A stretch of DNA of 45,130 nt from Escherichia phage vB_EcoP_R4596. Location: sequence record MK373771.1, one strand, 5' to 3'. The notes under the pieces are model-generated. The model saw only the letters and a program-made list of their open reading frames with translations. It had not been told where the DNA came from and searched no databases. Below are positions 37,936 to 45,130 of this stretch, in pieces (the first letter of the stretch is position 1; every line of letters starts with the position of its first letter). The position numbers were made by a program, and so were the translations under genes.

Positions 37936-38218
37936 ACATGCAGCCACAGAGGATGAAGTAGGCATCCTTCATGGCGCTATTACGAAGATGTTTAATAAGA
38001 AAGCACAGGCTATACTGGACACTATAGAAGAAGACCCTGCTTCTGCTATGCACTTAGTGTCAGGTAAGGATATTGGAGCCATGTGTAAGTGGGTTTTAGA
38101 TAATGGCATTACTGCAACCCCTGCTGCACAGCAGGAAGAATCTAAGTTGTCTAAGCGTCTCAAGGCTATCAGAGAGGCGTCCAGTGGTAAGATCATTCAG
38201 TTTACTAAGGAGGATTAA
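37919..38218 (+). CDS. Terminase small subunit (gp18-like)
   Basis: Position immediately upstream of and overlapping terminase large; GGAGGA ribosome-binding site before ATG 37919. Confidence 0.55.
   Translation: MSVHNKHAATEDEVGILHGAITKMFNKKAQAILDTIEEDPASAMHLVSGKDIGAMCKWVLDNGITATPAAQQEESKLSKRLKAIREASSGKIIQFTKED
38010..38032 (+). promoter_or_regulatory. Phage-RNAP promoter inside the terminase small gene
   Basis: CTATACTGGACACTATAGAAGAAG. Confidence 0.6.
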
Positions 38219-40113
38219 TGGCTAAGGCAAGAGAATCACAAGCGGAGGCTCTTGCCAGATGGGAGATGCTACACGAGTTACAGCAGACCTTCCCTTATAC
38301 GGCAGAAGGTTTGCTTCTCTTTGCTGATACAGTTATTCATAATTTAATTGCAGGTAGTCCTCATCTGATTCGTATGCAGGCAGACATCTTGAAGTTCCTA
38401 TTCTATGGGCACAAGTATCGCCTCATCGAAGCGCCCCGTGGTATCGCTAAAACTACGCTGGCAGCAATCTATACGGTGTTCCGTATCATTCATGAGCCTC
38501 ATAAGCGTATCATGGTTGTATCCCAAAACGCCAAGCGAGCAGAGGAAATTGCAGGTTGGGTGGTCAAAATCTTCCGAGGATTGGACTTCCTAGAGTTTAT
38601 GCTGCCAGACATCTACGCTGGCGACCGTGCATCCGTTAAGGCATTCGAGATTCACTATACACTGCGTGGAAGCGACAAGTCCCCTTCTGTATCCTGCTAC
38701 TCTATTGAAGCAGGTATGCAGGGTGCTCGTGCAGACATCATTCTAGCAGATGACGTTGAATCTATGCAGAATGCGCGTACCGCAGCAGGCCGTGCATTAC
38801 TTGAGGAATTGACCAAGGAATTTGAATCTATCAACCAGTTTGGTGATATCATCTACCTTGGTACTCCTCAGAACGTCAACTCAATCTATAATAACCTTCC
38901 GGCTCGTGGCTATTCCGTGCGTATCTGGACGGCTCGCTATCCTTCTGTAGAGCAGGAGCAATGCTATGGTGACTTTCTTGCACCTATGATCGTGCAAGAT
39001 ATGAAGGATAACCCAGCCTTGCGAACAGGTTATGGCTTAGATGGTAACAGCGGAGCACCTTGTGCCCCTGAGATGTATGACGATGACGTACTGATTGAGA
39101 AGGAAATATCTCAGGGTGCTGCTAAGTTCCAGCTTCAGTTCATGCTTAACACTCGCATGATGGATGCGGATAGATACCCATTACGCATAAACAATCTAAT
39201 CTTCACCTCGTTTGGTACAGAGGAAGTTCCTGTGATGCCTACTTGGAGTAATGACTCCATCAACATCATTGGTGATGCGCCTAAGTATGGTAACAAGCCT
39301 ACAGATTTCATGTACAGACCTGTAGCTCGCCCATACGAATGGGGTGCTGTCTCCCGCAAGATTATGTATATTGACCCTGCTGGTGGCGGTAAGAACGGAG
39401 ATGAAACGGGTGTAGCCATCGTATTCCTGCATGGCACGTTCATTTATGTGTATCAGTGCTTTGGTGTACCTGGCGGATACCGAGAATCGTCCCTGAATCG
39501 CATTGTGCAGGCCGCAAAGCAGGCAGGGGTTAAAGAGGTATTCATTGAGAAAAACTTTGGTCATGGCGCGTTTGAGGCCGTTATAAAGCCATACTTTGAA
39601 CGAGAATGGCCTGTGACTATTGAAGAGGATTATGCCACTGGTCAGAAAGAACTCCGTATCATTGAGACACTGGAGCCGCTGATGACTGCGCATAGGCTTA
39701 TCTTCAATGCTGAGATGGTCAAGTCGGATTTCGCTTCAGTACAGAATTACCCTCTGGAATTGCGGATGTCTTATAGTTTGTTCCACCAAATGTCGAACAT
39801 CACTATTGAGAAGAACAGCCTTAGGCATGATGACCGCTTAGACGCTCTGTATGGCGCTGTGCGTCAATTAACTTCCCAGATAGACTATGACGAGGTTACT
39901 CGAATTAATCGCCTCAGAGCGCAGGAGATGCGCGATTATATACAGGCGATGAATACACCTAAACTTCGTCGGGCTATGCTGTACGGCGATTATGGTGATG
40001 AGCGAAGAACAACCAACACCTCCTTAGCGATGCAGCAGCGGGTTTACGGTCAGAATTGGAGGAGCCGCTCTGGGTCTAGAAATACACTTTCCTCAAGGAT
40101 TTCAAGGATTTAG
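38218..40113 (+). CDS. Terminase large subunit (gp19-like, 631 aa)
   Basis: Size and position; ATPase-like segments (IILADDVESM Walker B-like); AAGGAGG ribosome-binding site. Confidence 0.88.
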   Translation: MAKARESQAEALARWEMLHELQQTFPYTAEGLLLFADTVIHNLIAGSPHLIRMQADILKFLFYGHKYRLIEAPRGIAKTTLAAIYTVFRIIHEPHKRIMVVSQNAKRAEEIAGWVVKIFRGLDFLEFMLPDIYAGDRASVKAFEIHYTLRGSDKSPSVSCYSIEAGMQGARADIILADDVESMQNARTAAGRALLEELTKEFESINQFGDIIYLGTPQNVNSIYNNLPARGYSVRIWTARYPSVEQEQCYGDFLAPMIVQDMKDNPALRTGYGLDGNSGAPCAPEMYDDDVLIEKEISQGAAKFQLQFMLNTRMMDADRYPLRINNLIFTSFGTEEVPVMPTWSNDSINIIGDAPKYGNKPTDFMYRPVARPYEWGAVSRKIMYIDPAGGGKNGDETGVAIVFLHGTFIYVYQCFGVPGGYRESSLNRIVQAAKQAGVKEVFIEKNFGHGAFEAVIKPYFEREWPVTIEEDYATGQKELRIIETLEPLMTAHRLIFNAEMVKSDFASVQNYPLELRMSYSLFHQMSNITIEKNSLRHDDRLDALYGAVRQLTSQIDYDEVTRINRLRAQEMRDYIQAMNTPKLRRAMLYGDYGDERRTTNTSLAMQQRVYGQNWRSRSGSRNTLSSRISRI

Positions 40114-40137
40114 TATTTACTGGACACTATAGGAGGA
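40114..40137 (+). promoter_or_regulatory. Phage-RNAP promoter followed by AT-rich TAGGT-repeat region
   Basis: GTATTTACTGGACACTATAGGAGGAAG. Confidence 0.75.
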
Positions 40138-40271
40138 AGACCAAGAGAGTAAAAGGAATATTATAGGATAATATAGGATTACCTAGGTTATATAGGTGTA
40201 CCTTAGTATGGGTGTACTCCTGTACACCCTATTCTTACTTACTATTTACTTATACGTATAAGGAGTATTAG

Positions 40272-40553
40272 ATGGCTAATGATTATAGTAATCAGCCCTT
40301 AACTGGTCGCTATGACCGTAAACAGATTACACCAACTAGTGAAGCATTAATGCTCCCTGTTGTTACAGAGGAGTCTATTAAGAAGAAAGCCAATGTTATC
40401 AATGATGCAACCAAATCTGGTAAACAGAAAGCAGCAATGGTGTGTCGTCCTGTAGGTGGCACTCTTGAGATTGCCATTGCTACTGGTAGCAAAGAGGATG
40501 CAGATTGGTTGTCTGTTAAAATGGATGGCGTTGGTTTTATTACACCGGCTTAA
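40272..40553 (+). CDS. Paralog 1 of a tandem small-protein triad (93 aa), unknown function
   Basis: AAGGAG ribosome-binding site; shares KKK..IN....SGKQKAAMV...G.LEIAIATGS with the next two ORFs. Confidence 0.65.
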   Translation: MANDYSNQPLTGRYDRKQITPTSEALMLPVVTEESIKKKANVINDATKSGKQKAAMVCRPVGGTLEIAIATGSKEDADWLSVKMDGVGFITPA

Positions 40554-40570
40554 TAAAAGGAGAAGATAAT

Positions 40571-40858
40571 ATGTCTAAGTATGGCGATGCAGGTACGACT
40601 ACTGGTCAGGCTTTTCGTGTAAAAGCAGTACAAACTATTGCAACTGCAATCCCTATGCCTATCGTGGCAGAAGCTGACCTTAAAAAGAAAGATCATCCAA
40701 TTAATATTGAACACCTATCTGGTAAGCAGAAAGGTGCTATGGTGGTTGTAGATAAAGGAGATAATAGCCTTTATATTGCTATTGCACGTGGTTCTGCACC
40801 AACTGACCAGTGGGATGTAACTACTATGGAAGCTGTACCTGTAACACCAGGAGCTTAA
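40571..40858 (+). CDS. Paralog 2 of the triad (95 aa)
   Basis: AAAGGAGA ribosome-binding site; DLKKKDHPINIEHLSGKQKGAMVVV...LYIAIARGSAPTDQW. Confidence 0.65.
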   Translation: MSKYGDAGTTTGQAFRVKAVQTIATAIPMPIVAEADLKKKDHPINIEHLSGKQKGAMVVVDKGDNSLYIAIARGSAPTDQWDVTTMEAVPVTPGA

Positions 40859-40859
40859 T

Positions 40860-41549
40860 ATGCTGGGAGTAACAGGACAACGCAATAAGAATGTAGCCAC
40901 CAAAGTAGTGGCTGATTTAGCTACTGCTGCTACTGTCGAGGAATTACGAGACACACATAACTCTATTAACCGTGCTGACCTTTCTGGTAAACAAGAAGGT
41001 TCTGTTGTTCTTGTTAAGAAAGAGGATGGCAACTATTCTATCTTTGTAGCAACAGGTAGCAAGCCTACTGATGTTTGGAAAGAGTTGTCTCCAACAATAC
41101 CAGAGCAAGAGATGCCTGCTGAATATATTGATATGGTTGATATTCAAATTCATCAAGACTCTGCAAGTAACTTACGTATGGATTCTTCTCGCACGAGCTT
41201 AATACAAACACCAATGTGGGATACTGAAGGTGAATTGCTATTCCGTAATACCCTGAGCGCAACATGTTCTTGTACCATTCTTGCTGATGGTGCATCTGGT
41301 GTTCGTCAGGATTTTAATTTTAAGATTAATGGAATCTTAGAGCAAGAAGAGCAGTATTATGACATTGACACTCTTATGTGCTCTATTCATTCTGCAACAA
41401 CAACTAATGGTCTTACACTGTGTATGCCAGATGTTAAGAGCGCAAAGACCAATAAGATGGTAGTAAAGGTCGACACTATGCAGTCATTAACAATGAGTTT
41501 TGATCTTAACTTCCTTGTTGAATGGACGTCACCTACGAGGTTACTATAA
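40860..41549 (+). CDS. Paralog 3 of the triad with about 135-aa C-terminal extension (229 aa)
   Basis: LSGKQEGSVVLV...YSIFVATGSKPTDVW at the N-terminus; AGGAG ribosome-binding site; start overlaps the previous stop. Confidence 0.65.
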   Translation: MLGVTGQRNKNVATKVVADLATAATVEELRDTHNSINRADLSGKQEGSVVLVKKEDGNYSIFVATGSKPTDVWKELSPTIPEQEMPAEYIDMVDIQIHQDSASNLRMDSSRTSLIQTPMWDTEGELLFRNTLSATCSCTILADGASGVRQDFNFKINGILEQEEQYYDIDTLMCSIHSATTTNGLTLCMPDVKSAKTNKMVVKVDTMQSLTMSFDLNFLVEWTSPTRLL

Positions 41550-41893
41550 TGCTAAACGAATACTTCAAGCGTAAAGAATTTGCTTGCCGTTGTGGGTGCG
41601 GTACATCCACTGTTGATGCTGAGTTACTACAGGTAGTAACAGATGTGCGTGAGCACTTTGGTGCTCCTGTGGTTATTACTTCTGGTCATCGTTGCGCCAA
41701 GCACAATGCTAATGTAGGTGGAGCTAAGAACTCCATGCATCTTACTGGTAAGGCTGCTGACATTAAGGTCACTGGTGTTAGCCCAATGGAGGTACGTGCG
41801 TACCTATGCAATAAGTACACTGATAAGTATGGCATTGGTGCTTATCCTACTTTTACACATATCGACGTTAGAGGTAACAAAGCACGATGGTAG
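41549..41893 (+). CDS. Endolysin, peptidase M15-like zinc peptidase
   Basis: FKRKEFACRCGCG...ITSGHRCAKHNANVGGAKNSMHLTGKAADIKV...GIGAYPTFTHIDVR matches the M15 pattern (SxH...D...H). Confidence 0.8.
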   Translation: MLNEYFKRKEFACRCGCGTSTVDAELLQVVTDVREHFGAPVVITSGHRCAKHNANVGGAKNSMHLTGKAADIKVTGVSPMEVRAYLCNKYTDKYGIGAYPTFTHIDVRGNKARW

Positions 41894-42001
41894 GTTGTGT
41901 TGCATGGTGTGAACGCATGGTTGCTAAGGCTTCAGAGGAAGGCAACTATGCAGATTGGCAGAACTATTCGACTTTATTAGCTCAATGGAAAGGGAGGTGC
42001 A

Positions 42002-42151
42002 ATGAAAAAGCTGTTTAAGTCTAAGAAGGTTGTAGGTGCACTAGTTGCACTAGCAATTGCCCTTGTTTCTGTAGGACTTGGTGTAGACCTTGGTTCTGGC
42101 ACTGAGGGGTCTGTGACAGATGTAGTTTGCCAAGTAATTACTTGTGAATAA
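42002..42151 (+). CDS. Small transmembrane protein (49 aa), candidate second holin or lysis accessory
   Basis: Strong GGGAGG ribosome-binding site; MKKLFKSKKVVGALVALAIALVSVGLGV... has one predicted transmembrane helix. Confidence 0.45.
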   Translation: MKKLFKSKKVVGALVALAIALVSVGLGVDLGSGTEGSVTDVVCQVITCE

Positions 42152-42365
42152 ATTTCTTGAAGCACTTGCAGGTCTTATTGGCCTGCTTGTTGCAGCTAAG
42201 AAGAAACAGGAAGAGAAGGAGGCACAAAGTGAAGCGAATCATGCTAGCGACAATCCTGCTGATTGGTTCGCTGACCACTTCCGGGTGTCAGCAGGCGTTA
42301 CCAGAGAAGAAGGGTGTGAAGCCGCTGAAGCCGACGCTGACGGCAGTTTACGAAGTGGACGATAA
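42144..42365 (+). CDS. Putative i-spanin (Rz-like, short)
   Basis: N-terminal hydrophobic helix FLEALAGLIGLLVAA then charged region; overlaps the downstream lipoprotein ORF; GTG start without clear ribosome-binding site. Confidence 0.3.
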   Translation: MNKFLEALAGLIGLLVAAKKKQEEKEAQSEANHASDNPADWFADHFRVSAGVTREEGCEAAEADADGSLRSGR

Positions 42366-42438
42366 GGTATGCTTCAGTAAGCCTGACGCTACACAATTAG
42401 GTTTGTATATTCTTTCGCTAGAACGCGGGTATAATTAA
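42241..42438 (+). CDS. Putative o-spanin (Rz1-like lipoprotein, 65 aa)
   Basis: MLATILLIGSLTTSGC lipobox-like signal; Pro/Lys-rich body; +1 frame overlapping the Rz-like ORF. Confidence 0.4.
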   Translation: MLATILLIGSLTTSGCQQALPEKKGVKPLKPTLTAVYEVDDKVCFSKPDATQLGLYILSLERGYN

Positions 42439-42465
42439 TACATAACGTTATGTATCAGTGTCTTA

Positions 42466-42489
42466 TGATTTACTGGACACTATAGAAGG
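42466..42489 (+). promoter_or_regulatory. Phage-RNAP promoter upstream of the tailspike
   Basis: GATTTACTGGACACTATAGAAGGG followed by 5' hairpin CCGCTC-GTTTGA-GCGGAC. Confidence 0.75.
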
Positions 42490-42570
42490 GATAAAGATAG
42501 TGCCGCTCGTTTGAGCGGACTATTACTAGCCAATCTTCATAGGGAGGATTGGGAAGTAATAGGAGAATTT

Positions 42571-44391
42571 ATGGCTAAACTAACGAGAGTCACTGACTGG
42601 CTTGTTAAGGTGAAGTCTAGACTCATTGGTGCAGTAGAGAGATTGCTTGAAGATAAGCTATCTGACATGGTTAGTGTTAAAGATTTTGGTGCTAAAGGCG
42701 ATGGTGTTACAGATGATACACAAGCCTTCCTTGCAGCTTACAATGCTAAGAAGCAAACAGGAGGTAAGATCTACATACCGGAAGGTACTTACATTGCTTA
42801 CAATATCCCACTAGACAGTGGTATTTATTGGCAAGGTGCTGGTGTGGGTGCAACGACCATAACACAACCTAATGGTAACAACAAAGATATCTTTGTAACC
42901 AGAGACTTTAATACCCTCACAGGTGTTGGTTATCTTAAGGATGCACCTATTGGCTTCGGCATCAAAGATCTAACTGTTGATGGTAATTATCTTGCAGATT
43001 ATAAGAGTGCCGCCATTGGTGGTGACACTGTTATGAATAACGAGAAAGGCTATGGAGTTAAGATCTTTGGCTCTAAGTACACTATAGACATTGAGATAGT
43101 CAACTGTGCTCAGGTAGGTTTCTACAGCGAAGCTGGCGACTATACAGGTTATGGTGATGAGCAGGCTTGTCATGTGAACTTACGTGGTAGGGTCTTCGGG
43201 AAAGAAGCAATCGTGCATCGTGGCCCAGCTGACATAGAGTTTGGTCAGGTATTTATGGGGTCTGCTGCATGGTTGCCTACCCTAGCACAGCGCAGATCTA
43301 ATCTTGTCATGTCTGAACTCTTTGAAGGTGAACCTGTTCATGTCATGGTTACAGATGAGACAGAGGGTTATCATGGTCATCATGAGTTTGAGACTATGCA
43401 CCTTTATGGCAACCTGTCTGGTTATGGATATTATGCCAAAGGCACTGGTCGTCTGAAAGGCAACCATCTCATTTGTGAGAACTGTCGTGGTGGGTTCAAG
43501 TCAGATACCCGTACATGGGGTAAGATTAGTCTGTTAGAGTGTCATAACAATGGTCGTGCTCCATCTGCTTTAGCAGGAACTTTACCTAAGTTCTACGACA
43601 TTCATAACTTATCTCGTCAAGGTTTTGTTATTGATGCAGTAGTTCGTCGTGTTTCTGTAGAATCTTCTGAATATACTGCATTACGAGATGAAGGTCGTAA
43701 TAGTGTAGTAAGAATGTCTTACTTCGTAGCAGGTTCAGATGCAGAAGGTGCAACCTCTGGTAATATGGCAGAATTACTTAGTGAATCCTCTACGTTTGAT
43801 ATTAACTGTGTGAACACCAAAGACCATGCAGTTCTTCTGGAGGGAAAGGCTAACAAGGTTAATATTGTATCTAAGAACCACTCTGGTGACAAAGCATTGA
43901 TTAAGAGGGTAGCTGGCTCTGCTTCAGGTAACTTATCTAACTCTATAGAGATAACCTGTAATAATGCTTCCAGCATTATTCATCTTGATGGTCTTGTTAC
44001 CACTGAGCGATGGGATGTGTCTGGCTTGCTCAAAGAAGGTCAGACTATCTTCTCCTCTGATAGCTCAGTGATGGATTTGTATAACCGTGCAGTTGTTACT
44101 AACTTGTCTGTACGTATTGGTTCTAAATCCAAGAGTAGTAGAGATGTTGGTCGTGTTAATCTAGAGAATACAGCAGGGCAGAAGTCTGTTACTGTAGAGC
44201 ACAACTACTTCATTAAGCCTGATGCTTCTCAGATTACATTAGGTTGCTATGACCCTGACCCGACACTACAAGATAAGCTCAAGTACCTACGTGTAAGTAA
44301 TATCACAGATACTGACTTTACAGCAGTATACGAATTGGAGCAAGGTGAACAGCCAAGTGGCCCGATTGTTATGACTTGGGGTATCTTCTAA
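42571..44391 (+). CDS. Tailspike / putative polysaccharide depolymerase (beta-helix, pectate-lyase-like)
   Basis: VSVKDFGAKGDGVTDDTQAFLAAYNA is typical of right-handed beta-helix glycanases; likely ATG 42571 after AGGAGA (track begins at TTG 42511). Confidence 0.8.
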   Translation: MAKLTRVTDWLVKVKSRLIGAVERLLEDKLSDMVSVKDFGAKGDGVTDDTQAFLAAYNAKKQTGGKIYIPEGTYIAYNIPLDSGIYWQGAGVGATTITQPNGNNKDIFVTRDFNTLTGVGYLKDAPIGFGIKDLTVDGNYLADYKSAAIGGDTVMNNEKGYGVKIFGSKYTIDIEIVNCAQVGFYSEAGDYTGYGDEQACHVNLRGRVFGKEAIVHRGPADIEFGQVFMGSAAWLPTLAQRRSNLVMSELFEGEPVHVMVTDETEGYHGHHEFETMHLYGNLSGYGYYAKGTGRLKGNHLICENCRGGFKSDTRTWGKISLLECHNNGRAPSALAGTLPKFYDIHNLSRQGFVIDAVVRRVSVESSEYTALRDEGRNSVVRMSYFVAGSDAEGATSGNMAELLSESSTFDINCVNTKDHAVLLEGKANKVNIVSKNHSGDKALIKRVAGSASGNLSNSIEITCNNASSIIHLDGLVTTERWDVSGLLKEGQTIFSSDSSVMDLYNRAVVTNLSVRIGSKSKSSRDVGRVNLENTAGQKSVTVEHNYFIKPDASQITLGCYDPDPTLQDKLKYLRVSNITDTDFTAVYELEQGEQPSGPIVMTWGIF

Positions 44392-44398
44392 TATCAAA

Positions 44399-44422
44399 GC
44401 AGTGCGCAAGCACTGCTTTTCT
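44399..44422 (+). terminator. Rho-independent-type terminator after the tailspike
   Basis: GCAGTGC-GCAA-GCACTGC then TTTTCTC. Confidence 0.65.
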
Positions 44423-44489
44423 CGCAACTTCCCTTGAAGCAATCTAGCGATACCTTCAAGGGAATAGCTCAAGAAAGCAAGGAGGTTTG

Positions 44490-44639
44490 ATGCCGTTGAT
44501 CAAATCAGTTAAGCAATCTGCTGTACGCCAGAACACAGAAGAACTTATTCAATCAGGGCGTGACCCTAAGCAGGCTTATGCCATTGCCAAGGATGTACAA
44601 CGTCGTGCCATGAAGAAACCTTCTGCATCTTCTGCGTAA
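44490..44639 (+). CDS. Small basic protein (49 aa)
   Basis: Strong AAGGAGG ribosome-binding site; below the ORF-track length cutoff. Confidence 0.4.
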   Translation: MPLIKSVKQSAVRQNTEELIQSGRDPKQAYAIAKDVQRRAMKKPSASSA

Positions 44640-44709
44640 GCAGGTTCATATCTTAGTGTACACAAGGGCAGACTTAGGTTTGCTCTTAGTGTAATCCAAA
44701 GGAGGTAAC

Positions 44710-44808
44710 ATGGATAAGATTACTATTGATAAGCCAACATACTACCTGTTATGGGCTGGTTGTATCTTGAATGTCACAGGTTTTATCTTATGGTTGTTCA
44801 TGAAATAA
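44710..44808 (+). CDS. Small hydrophobic peptide (32 aa)
   Basis: AAGGAGG ribosome-binding site; MDKITIDKPTYYLLWAGCILNVTGFILWLFMK. Confidence 0.3.
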   Translation: MDKITIDKPTYYLLWAGCILNVTGFILWLFMK

Positions 44809-44845
44809 CCAAAGTGAAAATTTTGATATAGGCGTGTGTCAGCTC

Positions 44846-45130
44846 TCTCGCCCTCGCCCTCGCCGGGTTGTCCCCATAGGGTAGCCTGAGGGAATCCGTC
44901 TCCGACGGGCAGGGCTGATGTACTCTTTGTACTAGCTTAGTAGTACACAAGGGCTGGCCTTTTGTTTTGCCGTGTACTAGTAAGGTGGAACGCTGTAGAC
45001 GGCCTAGGACGGCCTAGGGAATGGCTTAGTGGCGGACAAGGTGATTGCCTTAGTGAAGCCTCTTAGCGCATTCCTGAGGCCATTCAGGGCGTTTATGAGG
45101 TATTGACAGGGTGTGCGTGGGTGTGGGCTA
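44846..45130. repeat. Right direct terminal repeat (identical to 1-285)
   Basis: Direct reading; truncated by the window end. Confidence 0.9.

Noticed and set aside
43070-43092. Promoter-like GTACACTATAGACA inside the tailspike gene
   Set aside because: Matches only the CACTATAGA core and lacks the upstream ATTTA..GGA half.
1-45130. Integrase, repressor, tRNA or rRNA genes
   Set aside because: No recombinase motifs, no tRNA-like structures and no rRNA-like sequence were seen; the gene content is that of a strictly lytic T7-like phage.

Overview
This window looks like a complete T7-like podovirus genome (Autographiviridae, SP6-like by promoter sequence), about 44.8 kb of unique sequence plus a direct terminal repeat of at least 285 bp (1-285 = 44846-45130). 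All supported genes are on the + strand in canonical order: early region with an Ocr DNA-mimic homolog, single-subunit RNA polymerase, primase/helicase, DNA polymerase, exonuclease, endonuclease VII-like resolvase, metallophosphoesterase, ligase, portal, scaffold, capsid, tail tube A/B, three internal virion proteins, tail fiber, holin, terminase, endolysin, spanins and a second tailspike. About 14 phage-RNAP promoters of consensus ATTTACTGGACACTATAGAAG and several covarying terminators are visible. The most unusual signals are a 16-bp perfect palindrome GTCTCACATGTGAGAC recurring six times at gene 3' ends, a triad of tandem paralogous small proteins between terminase and endolysin, a perfect 168-bp tandem duplication at the portal gene start, an origin-like structure after the RNAP gene, and a small acidic protein boxed between its own promoter and terminator. 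All protein assignments rest on motif recognition by eye and recall of reference sequences; no database search was run.
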